NCBI GenBank assembly: GCA_019322485.1
Contig: JAHWIK010000015.1
Span: 23,216 to 87,215 of the forward strand
DNA length: 64,000 nt
Reading direction: 5' to 3'
Source of the DNA: Candidatus Woesearchaeota archaeon
Lineage (GTDB): Archaea; Nanobdellota; Nanobdellia; Woesearchaeales; JAHWIC01
The position numbers were made by a program, and so were the translations under genes. The notes under the pieces are model-generated. The model did no database searches, was not told the DNA's origin, and saw only the letters and a list, made by a program, of their open reading frames with translations. Position 1 is the first letter of the stretch. Every line of letters begins with the position of its first letter. Shown one piece after another: positions 53,376 through 62,057 of the stretch.

Positions 53376-54944
53376 TCATTGATTCCAATCTTTAAGACTA
53401 ATCTGTCCTTTTCTCTTGCGTTCAGGAACTTTTGATTTATCTATGTCCTCGCCAACCTGCTTCTTGACGTCAATCGCAACCTTTTTCCCAAGTATTTGGA
53501 CTAGTTTTGTGATGTCAGCTTTCTTCACACCTGAAACATCCTTAATCTTGTTTCTGAATAAAGCTCTTGCACGCACTCTTCCAACATTCTTTATCCTAAG
53601 CAGAGGCAGCAGCTCTTCCTTAACACCATACTTAAGCCTTAACCTAAGCTTTATTATCTCGCTTATCAAAGATTTCAGCTTAAGAATCCTGCACAGCTCT
53701 TCTGCTGCATAAAGAAGCCAGTCCGCATTATCCACTTTAACCCGCAATTCACCAGGCCTTACATTAAACTCTTCAAGAATAAATTCCTCATCCTTTTCAT
53801 CTATCCAGTTCTGCATGAATAAGGCAGTCTTAACTGAGCTGAGAAAATCCTCATATTCTGGGTCATACATAGATGGAATCTCTTCCAGTATAGAGTCATG
53901 GTATGTCACCAAAGCTTCTTCTATTTTCTCGTATTCCTTTACCCTTACCTTGAGCAGGGGCCTTATTTCTAGTGTGTGCGATACCATCTGCAGGAATGAA
54001 AATGCTTCTGTCCTGTTATGGGCCTTTTTTAGACATTCAATAAAGAAATGCGCTGTCAGAGGGTCAATATAAAGCTCAGCAACCCTTTTTCCTAGGATTG
54101 TTGCCTTGTACTTTTCATTTCCAAATTCATCAGCTGTTTGGAAGTCAGCACTTTTGCTTGTGGATGTTAAGAATCCCCAGTCCTCAAGCAGGGTCAGCAT
54201 CCTCATGATAATCTCTTCAAGCTTTTCCATATCCTTGAACTGATAAGCCCAGAATGTTTTTTCAAAAAAATCAAGAATGCTTTTCTTGTCATTGATAAAG
54301 TTAGCAGCAATCAATGACAGCAGATAAGTCCTGAGAACAGGCTCGACTGCAAGCTTTGAATAGATGTCTTCCGGCTCTCCCAGGATATATTTCTCATGAA
54401 TCTTTTTTTTCTCAGGCTTTGTTGCAGCTATTGCTATTGCCTGGCCTTCCTTGTCATAATTAGGACGGCCGGCACGGCCAGCCATCTGCAGATATTCTAG
54501 GACAGGGATAAACTGCATTCCACGATGACCGTAACGCCTTAAATCCTTGAGGATAGCCCTGAATGCAGGCAAATCAACTCCTAAGGCGAGTGTTGGTGTG
54601 GCACAGATAATCTTTATTGTTCTGTCCCTGAAAGAATTCTCAATTAATTCTTTTTGCTTATGGGTTAAGCCTGCGTGATGGAATGCAATGCCTTTCTTGA
54701 CGCATGAAGCCAGCCTTTCACACTGCCTTGTTGGCCTTGAAAGAACTTTTAGTACAGCTTCAGAAAGTTCTTGAAGTTTTTTATCACTTATTTTGGCTTT
54801 TTTAGAAATCTCTTCTGCAGTTTTTTCAGCAGAGCGCTTTGTATTCACGAATACAATCGCCTGTTTATTTTTATTTATAGTATCTAATGCAAGGTTTATT
54901 GTTGCATCATCAGCATTCCCGCTAATCTTTACTGTTTTATCCAT
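53376..54944 (-). CDS. Hel308/Ski2-type helicase fragment: RecA2 + winged helix + ratchet + HhH, with no RecA1 domain
   Basis: 'AIVFVNTKRSAEK' (motif IV region), 'ATPTLALGVDLPA' (V), 'QMAGRAGRPNYD' (VI) and a C-terminal HhH 'IKNVGRVRARALF'. No Walker A or DExH is present. Only 32 nt separate it from the upstream gene. Confidence 0.8.
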   Translation of the reverse strand: MDKTVKISGNADDATINLALDTINKNKQAIVFVNTKRSAEKTAEEISKKAKISDKKLQELSEAVLKVLSRPTRQCERLASCVKKGIAFHHAGLTHKQKELIENSFRDRTIKIICATPTLALGVDLPAFRAILKDLRRYGHRGMQFIPVLEYLQMAGRAGRPNYDKEGQAIAIAATKPEKKKIHEKYILGEPEDIYSKLAVEPVLRTYLLSLIAANFINDKKSILDFFEKTFWAYQFKDMEKLEEIIMRMLTLLEDWGFLTSTSKSADFQTADEFGNEKYKATILGKRVAELYIDPLTAHFFIECLKKAHNRTEAFSFLQMVSHTLEIRPLLKVRVKEYEKIEEALVTYHDSILEEIPSMYDPEYEDFLSSVKTALFMQNWIDEKDEEFILEEFNVRPGELRVKVDNADWLLYAAEELCRILKLKSLISEIIKLRLRLKYGVKEELLPLLRIKNVGRVRARALFRNKIKDVSGVKKADITKLVQILGKKVAIDVKKQVGEDIDKSKVPERKRKGQISLKDWNQ

Positions 54945-54976
54945 GAAAAAACAAGAAGAAATACGAATATAAATAG

Positions 54977-57130
54977 TTATACCTTTTCTGTTACAACGTA
55001 CGTCTTGTAAGTATACTGCCTTGGTGGTATTGGTTGAGGTGCGGGTTGAGGTGTTGGTTCTGGTGCAGGCTGTGGTGCTGGTGCAGGCGCTGGTGTTGGC
55101 TCAGGAGTAGGCTCCGGAGCTGGTTCTGGTGCAGGCTGTGGTGCTGGTGCAGGTGTTATTGGTGTTGGTTGCGGTGCGCTTGTAACAACCATTTGAGGAA
55201 GGGTTTGCCGTTCTATTACACTAACAATCCATCTGACACTTACAGCAGCTTTGCCATCAGAGATAATAACTCTCACCTCTTTTTTTCCAGGAGAAGTAAA
55301 CCAACGTCTATGCAGCGGGCCCCCTTTGTAGCGCGCAAGTGGACCAAATATCCATTCATAGCTTAGTGCATCACCATCAGGGTCCTGGGCAGATGCTTGG
55401 AACAAAACAGAGCTGTTGACATAAACACCAAATTGACCCACCATTGGGCTGACATTCCATACAACAGGCTCCCTGTTTGTGTTGTGCACAAGGACTACTG
55501 CATCTTCGCTTGAATTTAAGTCACCATCTGAAGCTGTAAAGGTGACTGTATATTGTTTTGCTTCCAGCCTTCTTGTCTCATCATGGCTGGGGGTCCAGCT
55601 AAACCCGTCTGCATCAAAACTTGAGCCGGCAGGCACATCTTCTGCAGATGTGACAATCCTGTCATTATCTGGGTCATAGGAATTAACATTAAAGTGTAAA
55701 ACTGCTCCTTCATCTACATCCTGCTGAGGTATTTCCTCAAGAACAGGCGGCCTGTTAACATTATTTACAACAACTGTTACGTTCTTCTCAACAGAGGTTT
55801 TGCTGTCAGATAATTTAATAAATACTGTGTAGGTGCCTGCATCATCATAACCAGTCCCTTTCACAGCTTTGTTCATCCAGCCGCTATATCTATAAGATAC
55901 CTTATCACCATCAAGGTCATATCCATTAGGCTCTAATACAAGGGTTTCCCCTTCATTCATGACTATTGTTCCCATATCTTCAAGCACAGGGGCCCTATTC
56001 TCTTCCATGACCCTAATCTTTATGGTTTTGGTTGTGCTAAATTCATTGCTTTCAGCCAGGAATGTTATAGTTTGAGTTCTGCTGAGTAAGTGGAAATTGT
56101 CAAGGAAATATGTAAAGAGGTTTGTTTTTTTAACAAAATCCTTGCTTGGTGTCCATTTAAAGACATTGCCATCAAATCCTGAATTTTCCGGCGCTTCAAG
56201 AACTGTGATTATTATATCATCGCCATCTGGGTCGCTGGCATTTACTACTAAGTTTACTTCCTCACCTTCTCTTACAGTTATATCATGGAGTGGTTCAATT
56301 ATCGGTTCGCGGTCTACATCATAAACTACAAGGTCTACCTTTTTTGAATATTCAAAATCCCTGTCCCTTATTGTTATTGTTACCATGTATTCACCATCAT
56401 CCTCATAGGTGGTTTGCCAGAAATTTTCATTGCCTATTGGCTCTGATATCTCATATTCAAGATGGTAGGCTCCTAAATCAGGAAGCTCGATACTTACTAT
56501 GTCTGTTTCATCTACTTCAATATAGCTTATGTTATCCAGGAGTTGTGCCCTGTCAACATCCTCAATATCCATAGTCCATTCCTGGGATGTTTTAAGCGTG
56601 CTGTCAGATACAACTACTTTTATGGTATGCGTTCCCTGGTCAAAATAGTCTGCGTAATACTCAATCTCTTGCTCCCTGCCTAAGAATTCATCATCAATGA
56701 ACCATTTGTAGGTTAGTTCATCTTCGTTTATGTCAGAGGCCTCAGCCCTGAAGTAGAGGCTTTCACCCTCTTCAATTGACAAAGAGGTATCTTCTGGGTA
56801 GAAATCATATATTTCAGGCTGTTCTTCTTTTTTGTTAACAACGATTATGACCTCTTCTTCTGTGATAAGGTCGCCGTCAGAAGCAGTGACTGAGGCAATA
56901 TAATTTCCAGCATCTCCATAGGTAGTTTGCCATTCTCCCTCGCTGTTTAAGGGGTATGTGTAGGAATATTCTAATGTATCACCGTCAGGATCATCAAAAG
57001 AAGGTTTTATGGAGACAAGGTCAGTCTCATTAACTATCATATTAGTTAGAGAATAAGTTATTGGCAATACAATAATTAGAACTAATACTAAAATTAACCA
57101 TTTCTTATCCATTAACCCAACCCCCAACAT
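54977..57130 (-). CDS. secreted protein with ~7 Ig/cadherin-like 'DPDGD' repeat domains and a Pro-rich tail
   Basis: N-terminal TM/signal. Repeated 'D.DGD.L.Y.....WQTTY.D.G.Y.V.I..SDG'. Tail 'PAPAPQPAPEPAPEPTPEPTP'. Confidence 0.7.
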   Translation of the reverse strand: MLGVGLMDKKWLILVLVLIIVLPITYSLTNMIVNETDLVSIKPSFDDPDGDTLEYSYTYPLNSEGEWQTTYGDAGNYIASVTASDGDLITEEEVIIVVNKKEEQPEIYDFYPEDTSLSIEEGESLYFRAEASDINEDELTYKWFIDDEFLGREQEIEYYADYFDQGTHTIKVVVSDSTLKTSQEWTMDIEDVDRAQLLDNISYIEVDETDIVSIELPDLGAYHLEYEISEPIGNENFWQTTYEDDGEYMVTITIRDRDFEYSKKVDLVVYDVDREPIIEPLHDITVREGEEVNLVVNASDPDGDDIIITVLEAPENSGFDGNVFKWTPSKDFVKKTNLFTYFLDNFHLLSRTQTITFLAESNEFSTTKTIKIRVMEENRAPVLEDMGTIVMNEGETLVLEPNGYDLDGDKVSYRYSGWMNKAVKGTGYDDAGTYTVFIKLSDSKTSVEKNVTVVVNNVNRPPVLEEIPQQDVDEGAVLHFNVNSYDPDNDRIVTSAEDVPAGSSFDADGFSWTPSHDETRRLEAKQYTVTFTASDGDLNSSEDAVVLVHNTNREPVVWNVSPMVGQFGVYVNSSVLFQASAQDPDGDALSYEWIFGPLARYKGGPLHRRWFTSPGKKEVRVIISDGKAAVSVRWIVSVIERQTLPQMVVTSAPQPTPITPAPAPQPAPEPAPEPTPEPTPAPAPAPQPAPEPTPQPAPQPIPPRQYTYKTYVVTEKV

Positions 57131-57156
57131 TAAAAATTAAAAAAATAAAAAAGAAA

Positions 57157-58272
57157 TTATCTTTGTTCTATTCCTAGGAATACAGGTGCCCTGTTAACGT
57201 TTTCAACAGCCACGTTTATCTGCTGGCTTACTGAAAGGTCACCGTCGCTTACTGTTATTGTTACATCATAGCTGCCTGAATCATCATAGGTTGTATCCCA
57301 CGCAAAGACATTCCCTTCCTGCTCAAATTTGTCGCTATCTGCTGCAAAGGATAGGCCGTCTCCATCTAGGTCAGAGGCTTCTACAACAATTATTACAGGC
57401 TCATTTTCATTAACTATGATGTTGTCTAGTTCTTCCATTTCAGGCGGCCTGTTAACATTTTCAACTGTAATAGCCCATATCTGTGATGTCTCAAGTGTGC
57501 CGTCGGTTATTGATAACTTAATAGTGTGTGAACCAGCACTGTCATAGCCTAGGTCAAATGCGAATGAGGTGTCGGTTGATACTTCCTCGCCATCAATCTT
57601 CCATTCATAATCCAGGTAATCACCATTAAGGTCTGATGCTGATACGCTGAATTCTATGATGTTATCCTCTGCTATGATTAATTCTGTATCTGCTGGATTA
57701 GCAAACTCAATTATTGGGGCCTCTTCTTTTCTGTTTACAATTATTAATACATCCTGTGAAGCAGAAAGGTCTCCATCAGATGCGGTTATTGTTACTGTGT
57801 ATTCACCCTCATCTCCATAAGTAGTTTGCCAATCACCTATGCCATCAAGAGGTGATGTGAATGCGTAAGTTAAAGGGTCTCCATCAGGGTCAGTTGCGTC
57901 AGGTTCTAAGCTGACAAGCTCTGTTTCTTCTACTATGATAACAACTGCTTGCTGGTCAACAACGTCTACATCTTCTAATACTACTTCCTCCTCTTCCTCA
58001 ATAATCTCAATGACCTCTTCAATGTCTTCCTCGACCTCTTCTTCCTCTTCCTCATCTCTTCTGAAGATGTCAAGAGGGCTTGTTCTTTCTTCCTCCTCTT
58101 CCACTTCTTCTTCCTCTTCTGCAACCTCCTCATCTTCTTCACCCTCAACAACAATATCATCCATGCTTATTGTAGAAACATCAGATTTGCCATATATATC
58201 TTCATAGATTTGACATCCACTCAATAAGAACAAGACTATCACACCAATTACAAGTAAATATTTCTTAAACAT
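57157..58272 (-). CDS. lipoprotein paralog with an acidic linker and 3 Ig/cadherin-like 'DPDGD' domains
   Basis: 'LLSGCQ' lipobox, poly-Glu linker, and 'ATDPDGDPLTYAF...WQTTYGDEGEYTVTITASDGDL'. Confidence 0.7.
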   Translation of the reverse strand: MFKKYLLVIGVIVLFLLSGCQIYEDIYGKSDVSTISMDDIVVEGEEDEEVAEEEEEVEEEEERTSPLDIFRRDEEEEEEVEEDIEEVIEIIEEEEEVVLEDVDVVDQQAVVIIVEETELVSLEPDATDPDGDPLTYAFTSPLDGIGDWQTTYGDEGEYTVTITASDGDLSASQDVLIIVNRKEEAPIIEFANPADTELIIAEDNIIEFSVSASDLNGDYLDYEWKIDGEEVSTDTSFAFDLGYDSAGSHTIKLSITDGTLETSQIWAITVENVNRPPEMEELDNIIVNENEPVIIVVEASDLDGDGLSFAADSDKFEQEGNVFAWDTTYDDSGSYDVTITVSDGDLSVSQQINVAVENVNRAPVFLGIEQR

Positions 58273-58456
58273 ATACCAACACCTCCAGGTTTTTGTGTTT
58301 TTATTATTTTTATCATTATAAAATGGGAACTTCTATATAAACTTTATGGTAGTCAAAGCTATAAAACCATTTTTTTTTTACCACTGTTTCCGACGACAAA
58401 CTTAGACTTTTTTCGTAACTGGGTTTGGACGAATCGGAAAAATTTGCTGAAAAATC

Positions 58457-58480
58457 TGAAAAAAATGGGCCCGCTGTGAC
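58457..58480 (-). repeat. orphan 24-nt copy (23/24 identical) of the tRNA-Ile 3' exon plus its T-tract
   Basis: tgaaaaaaatgggcccgcTgtgac here matches tgaaaaaaatgggcccgcCgtgac at 58572..58595. I found no matching 5' acceptor strand upstream. Confidence 0.7.
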
Positions 58481-58573
58481 CTAAGGGTTTCACCCGATAG
58501 ACCCCTGTAGGGAACATAAAGTTCCCTGCCGCAATTTGCTGTATAGTTAAGATTGCGGATTGTTAAGTTTTTG

Positions 58574-58580
58574 AAAAAAA
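58574..58580 (-). terminator. oligo-T tract (T7) directly after tRNA-Ile
   Basis: Seven T residues on the transcribed strand follow the discriminator base. Archaeal termination signals are oligo-T tracts. Confidence 0.5.
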
Positions 58581-58712
58581 TGGGCCCGCCGTGACTTTCT
58601 AGCCACAAGTTTTAGAACTTGATGACATTTGAACACGGGACCACTCGATGTCTGTATTTCGCTTGCGCGAAATGTATCAGTCGAGCGCGCCACCAGACTA
58701 TGCCACGGGCCC
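58581..58712 (-). tRNA. tRNA-Ile(GAU) with two introns (25 nt at 37/38; 33 nt in the T-loop, ~59/60)
   Basis: The fold is GGGCCCG-UG-GCAU-AGUCUGGUG-GCGC-G-CUCGA-CUGAUA|A-UCGAG-UGGUC-CCGUG-UUCAAAU-CACGG-CGGGCCC-A. Intron 1 has a 7-bp h' helix with a GCAA tetraloop and 3-nt bulges. Confidence 0.75.
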
Positions 58713-58728
58713 ACTATCATAACAAAAA

Positions 58729-58856
58729 CGCCTCTGGGCAGATTTTCCCGCCATAAATCTTTCGGATTTAATGCGTCTCGAACTGCCGACCTTGTGATTT
58801 CTTCACCAAAGAATTGGTGTAACAGTCACACGCTCTACCTGCTAAGCTACAGAGGC
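58729..58856 (-). tRNA. tRNA-Asn(GUU) with two introns (21 nt at 37/38; 34 nt in the T-loop)
   Basis: The fold is GCCUCUG-UA-GCUU-AGCAGGUA-GAGC-G-UGUGA-CUGUUA|A-UCACA-AGGUC-GGCAG-UUCGA|AU-CUGCC-CAGAGGC-G. The mature length is 73 nt. Confidence 0.75.
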
Positions 58857-58878
58857 ATTAAGTTCAAGAATTGATACT

Positions 58879-58894
58879 ATATTTATATAATTTT
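58879..58894 (-). promoter_or_regulatory. BRE/TATA promoter for the tRNA-Asn/tRNA-Ile pair
   Basis: The minus strand reads AAAATTATATAAATA, centred about 30 nt upstream of tRNA-Asn position 1. Confidence 0.45.
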
Positions 58895-58900
58895 CTATGG

Positions 58901-59395
58901 CTATGATTTCTTTTTCTTGAGTATAATATATACTATTATTGCAGCTAGAATTGCTGAAGCAAGAATAATGGGGATTGTTATAGTTAACCTTTTTTCCCTT
59001 AAATCAGCTGTCAACACATTTTCTTCTTTTTCATTGTATATGTTTATCTGCTTTGCATCTGGCAGCGAGGGCAGGATTAATGCAAAATCTGTATTATCTA
59101 CCCTAACAAGGCCCCCCTGGGTTTTGCCGTCCATATGAATATCTGTGTAATGTTCTAATGGAACCTCAAATCTGAATGAATATATGACATCATCATCTAC
59201 GGAAATTATTTCTGCCTTATAGCCTGCATCAGGCTGTATCTTTCTGTCGGGATAGTATCCATATGTTTCTATCTCGTCAATAATAGAGACTTTGCCATTA
59301 TCGTAATTGAGATTTAAGATTAATATTTTTTCAGCGCATGCTGCCTGCGCAAATAATAACAGCATTATCATTAAGATAAGTTTTTTAGTTTTCAT
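58901..59395 (-). CDS. secreted protein with a C-terminal TM anchor
   Basis: Signal 'LILMIMLLLFAQAACA'. C-terminal 'IPIILASAILAAIIVYIILKKKKS'. 4-nt overlap with the upstream peptidase gene. Confidence 0.5.
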   Translation of the reverse strand: MKTKKLILMIMLLLFAQAACAEKILILNLNYDNGKVSIIDEIETYGYYPDRKIQPDAGYKAEIISVDDDVIYSFRFEVPLEHYTDIHMDGKTQGGLVRVDNTDFALILPSLPDAKQINIYNEKEENVLTADLREKRLTITIPIILASAILAAIIVYIILKKKKS

Positions 59396-60546
59396 CTTTC
59401 GTACACGCTTAATTTTTCTATTATTGCTTCTTCATTAATTGGGCCGTAATATTCTGCGTAGAGGCTCCTCATCAATGAGTTTTCTGTTCCACGGTAATAT
59501 CCATCTGTTGAGCAGCCCTTTAAGCAGTCAGTTCCTTCTGTACCAGCCCATTTTGAGCATTGGCTGTTGTCACAATTCGGATACTCCTCTCCATCAAATT
59601 TTATTTGCAGGTAATAATCATCAACATATTCATCAGCCAGGTCACCAAAGCTGTGGCCAAACTCATGCATTAGTACAGATGGGTTGTCAGCTGTGTTGAT
59701 GTTTGCTATGTTTGCTATAGCGCTTGACCTGATTGGTATTACAAGATCCTTAATCTTGTTCCTTTCTATTAAAATAAAAATAAATTCATGAGGACATCTT
59801 GATGCAATCCTCTTCACCTTAAAATTATTGCACAAGACATAATTATTGAATGTACAGCTTAGGTCCTGGAAGTCATCCACCATATAGAAATTGAATTTGT
59901 CTCTGTTTGCGTGGAATGGCTCAAGCTTGAAGAAAACATTGTTTATATAATTATAAACCTCATCTTTGAATTCTTCTGTTGTCTTATATGCCTGGCCTAA
60001 AAAGACAATATCAATTCCATCATCTGGTTCTGAGGTATAGAAAACAGAGACACATTCTTCTCTTTCATCCTCTTCTGAAAAACCATCGATAGTTGAGGTT
60101 CCGAGCTTGCTTGTTAGTTTTAATCTAACCTTGCCATTAACTGCTTTGATGCATAGGGGGCTTCTGTCAATCTCAAAGTTTTCAAGTTTTTCTGCTCTGA
60201 GTTCTTCTGAAGGTAAAACAAAGAAATTTGAGTCTGGATAATTATCAATATTCATTGTAAGCTCGTTATTGGCAAAATCATCGAATTCTTTTGAGCGGTC
60301 AACAAAGCAAATAGAGGTTATATCCTTTGGTACAGCCATGGTCCTGTCTACATAGCTTCCATAGCCTTGCTTGCTTTGGACGCCTATAGCACTTTTGACA
60401 CTCTCAATAAATATTGCAACCTCTCTTTTCTGCGCAGATTCTTCAAGCTCCCTGATATAAACAAAACCAAATGATAGAACAAGTACTGCTAAAATAGCTG
60501 TTACAGCGAAGATAAATGGTTTTGCCGCTACCTGAGCTTTTGTCAT
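59392..60546 (-). CDS. membrane-anchored M64 (IgA-peptidase-like) zinc metallopeptidase
   Basis: 'LMHEFGHSFGDLADEY' matches the M64 HEFGHSFGgLADEY signature. There is an N-terminal TM segment. Confidence 0.7.
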   Translation of the reverse strand: MTKAQVAAKPFIFAVTAILAVLVLSFGFVYIRELEESAQKREVAIFIESVKSAIGVQSKQGYGSYVDRTMAVPKDITSICFVDRSKEFDDFANNELTMNIDNYPDSNFFVLPSEELRAEKLENFEIDRSPLCIKAVNGKVRLKLTSKLGTSTIDGFSEEDEREECVSVFYTSEPDDGIDIVFLGQAYKTTEEFKDEVYNYINNVFFKLEPFHANRDKFNFYMVDDFQDLSCTFNNYVLCNNFKVKRIASRCPHEFIFILIERNKIKDLVIPIRSSAIANIANINTADNPSVLMHEFGHSFGDLADEYVDDYYLQIKFDGEEYPNCDNSQCSKWAGTEGTDCLKGCSTDGYYRGTENSLMRSLYAEYYGPINEEAIIEKLSVYER

Positions 60547-60578
60547 AATCTATTTTCTTGAGGAATTTATATATAAAC

Positions 60579-62030
60579 TTATTGCTTGACTCTAGCGATA
60601 ATGCTTCTCAACATATGCCCGATAACTTCAATATCATAGAATTTGTTTAATTCAAGCCTTTCTTTGACCCCTATGATTAAAGGATAGGTGCCAATCTGCC
60701 TTCCAAAGGTTGTTTTGCCGTCATAAATTTCCATTCTTACATCCTTGATAACAGTTCCTTCTGGAACAAGTTTCTTTAGCATAGGTGAATCAATCTCCTG
60801 CCTTATCTGGTTGCGCCATTTCCAGTAATATTTCTTGTTCTTTTTTATGAACTTGTTTCCAACAGTATTATATAGCTGGGTTCCTTCAAAAATATCAACC
60901 TGCCTGACATTGATTCTTCTTAGTAATAAGCCCTCACCCATAAAGCGCTTTAGCCATTGGATGTTATGCTCATTTGTGGATTTGCTCTCTCCAATCAGCC
61001 CAAACAGCAAGTTGATTCCAGGCAGGAATTTAGGCATGCCATTCTTGCCTCTTTCCTGGCCATATTTATTCAGTATTCTTCCAGCCTCGTAAGTAACCTC
61101 AGGGTCAGCGTTAAGGTTGTTTTGCTTTACAACCTCTGGGTCAAAGCTTTCAACGCCAAATGCAGCTGTATTGCCTGCTGTACCATACTTAACAATAGCT
61201 TTTGTTATCTCAATTCCTTTTTTTGACACAACATTTACAGGATTTACATTATCAATATGCAAAACCTTTGGCTCGCATTCTTTTCTAATGCCTTCAATAA
61301 TACCAATGGCTTCTGGGTGAGAATAGTAGTCAGACTGTTTTCCTAGTCTAAAATATTTTACACCAAGCTTGTCGAATGCTTTTGCTTCTTTTAGGATATC
61401 TTTTTTTGGTCTGAATGAGATGCTGTTTTTTATTGGCTCTGTGCAAAAGCTGCAATGTGTTTTTCTTGAGCAGCCTTTTGAGGTCTCTAGCTCAATTATT
61501 CTTAAGCTCGGGATTTGTTTTATCAATTCTGTTCCTTTGACTGCAAAATCTTCTACCTCTTCATAGCTGAAATTGAAATCTTTTATCTCGTTGAAATTTG
61601 AAAGGTCTGCCTTTTCAAAGAATCTTCCTCCCTCTGTTGATGTTCCGTAAACAGCAGGTCCAGTTAATATTTTTCTGCAGTTTAGGTCTTTTGTCAGCTG
61701 TATAATCTCCTTTAAAGTACCAGGAACAGCACTTAGGTATTTTCCAGGAGTATGAACACCAGCGATTATAATTAGTTCAGAAGTGGAGTTTAAGATTCCC
61801 TTTATTTCATCACTAGTTCTTGTGGTGTTATATTTTTTAATATTTGTTTTTTGAATTGATTTCTTTTCATTGATACTTTTTAGTAATCTTAAATCGTCTA
61901 TTGTAATATAGTTTGGAATCTTTTCTAAAGAACCGGCAATATATCTAGGATAAGTGCCCAAGTAAGGCGGAACACCTAGACCAGCTGGTTCATCTGTGTA
62001 GCAGTCTAATATTGTGAATACCATAGGCAT
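60579..62030 (-). CDS. radical-SAM-like Fe-S enzyme with a C-terminal TRAM-like domain
   Basis: 'ETSKGCSRKTHCSFCTEP' (CX5CX2C cluster motif). The N-terminus is flavodoxin/B12-like. The C-terminal 'GTVIKDVRMEIYDG...YDIEVIGH' is TRAM-like. Confidence 0.65.
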   Translation of the reverse strand: MPMVFTILDCYTDEPAGLGVPPYLGTYPRYIAGSLEKIPNYITIDDLRLLKSINEKKSIQKTNIKKYNTTRTSDEIKGILNSTSELIIIAGVHTPGKYLSAVPGTLKEIIQLTKDLNCRKILTGPAVYGTSTEGGRFFEKADLSNFNEIKDFNFSYEEVEDFAVKGTELIKQIPSLRIIELETSKGCSRKTHCSFCTEPIKNSISFRPKKDILKEAKAFDKLGVKYFRLGKQSDYYSHPEAIGIIEGIRKECEPKVLHIDNVNPVNVVSKKGIEITKAIVKYGTAGNTAAFGVESFDPEVVKQNNLNADPEVTYEAGRILNKYGQERGKNGMPKFLPGINLLFGLIGESKSTNEHNIQWLKRFMGEGLLLRRINVRQVDIFEGTQLYNTVGNKFIKKNKKYYWKWRNQIRQEIDSPMLKKLVPEGTVIKDVRMEIYDGKTTFGRQIGTYPLIIGVKERLELNKFYDIEVIGHMLRSIIARVKQ

Positions 62031-62057
62031 AGAATATTATTTCTTGTTATTAAAGCT

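Noticed and set aside
55030-55150. Periodic DNA repeats (ggtgctggtgcaggc...) and the 110-aa 'CWCRRWCW' ORF at 55034..55366
   Set aside because: This is not a CRISPR array or satellite. It is the antisense of the (PAPEPTPQ)n proline-rich tail of the 717-aa surface protein.
58594-58626. 'GAAAGUCACGGC' inside the tRNA-Ile region, resembling the RNase P RNA CR-I 'GAGGAAAGUCC' element
   Set aside because: The surrounding sequence folds as a complete tRNA-Ile with an intron. No other RNase P conserved regions are nearby.
58402-58874. ORFs 58402..58608 (minus) and 58629..58874 (plus)
   Set aside because: They lie over the tRNA-Asn and tRNA-Ile genes and the orphan 3'-exon repeat. They have no coding-like composition.
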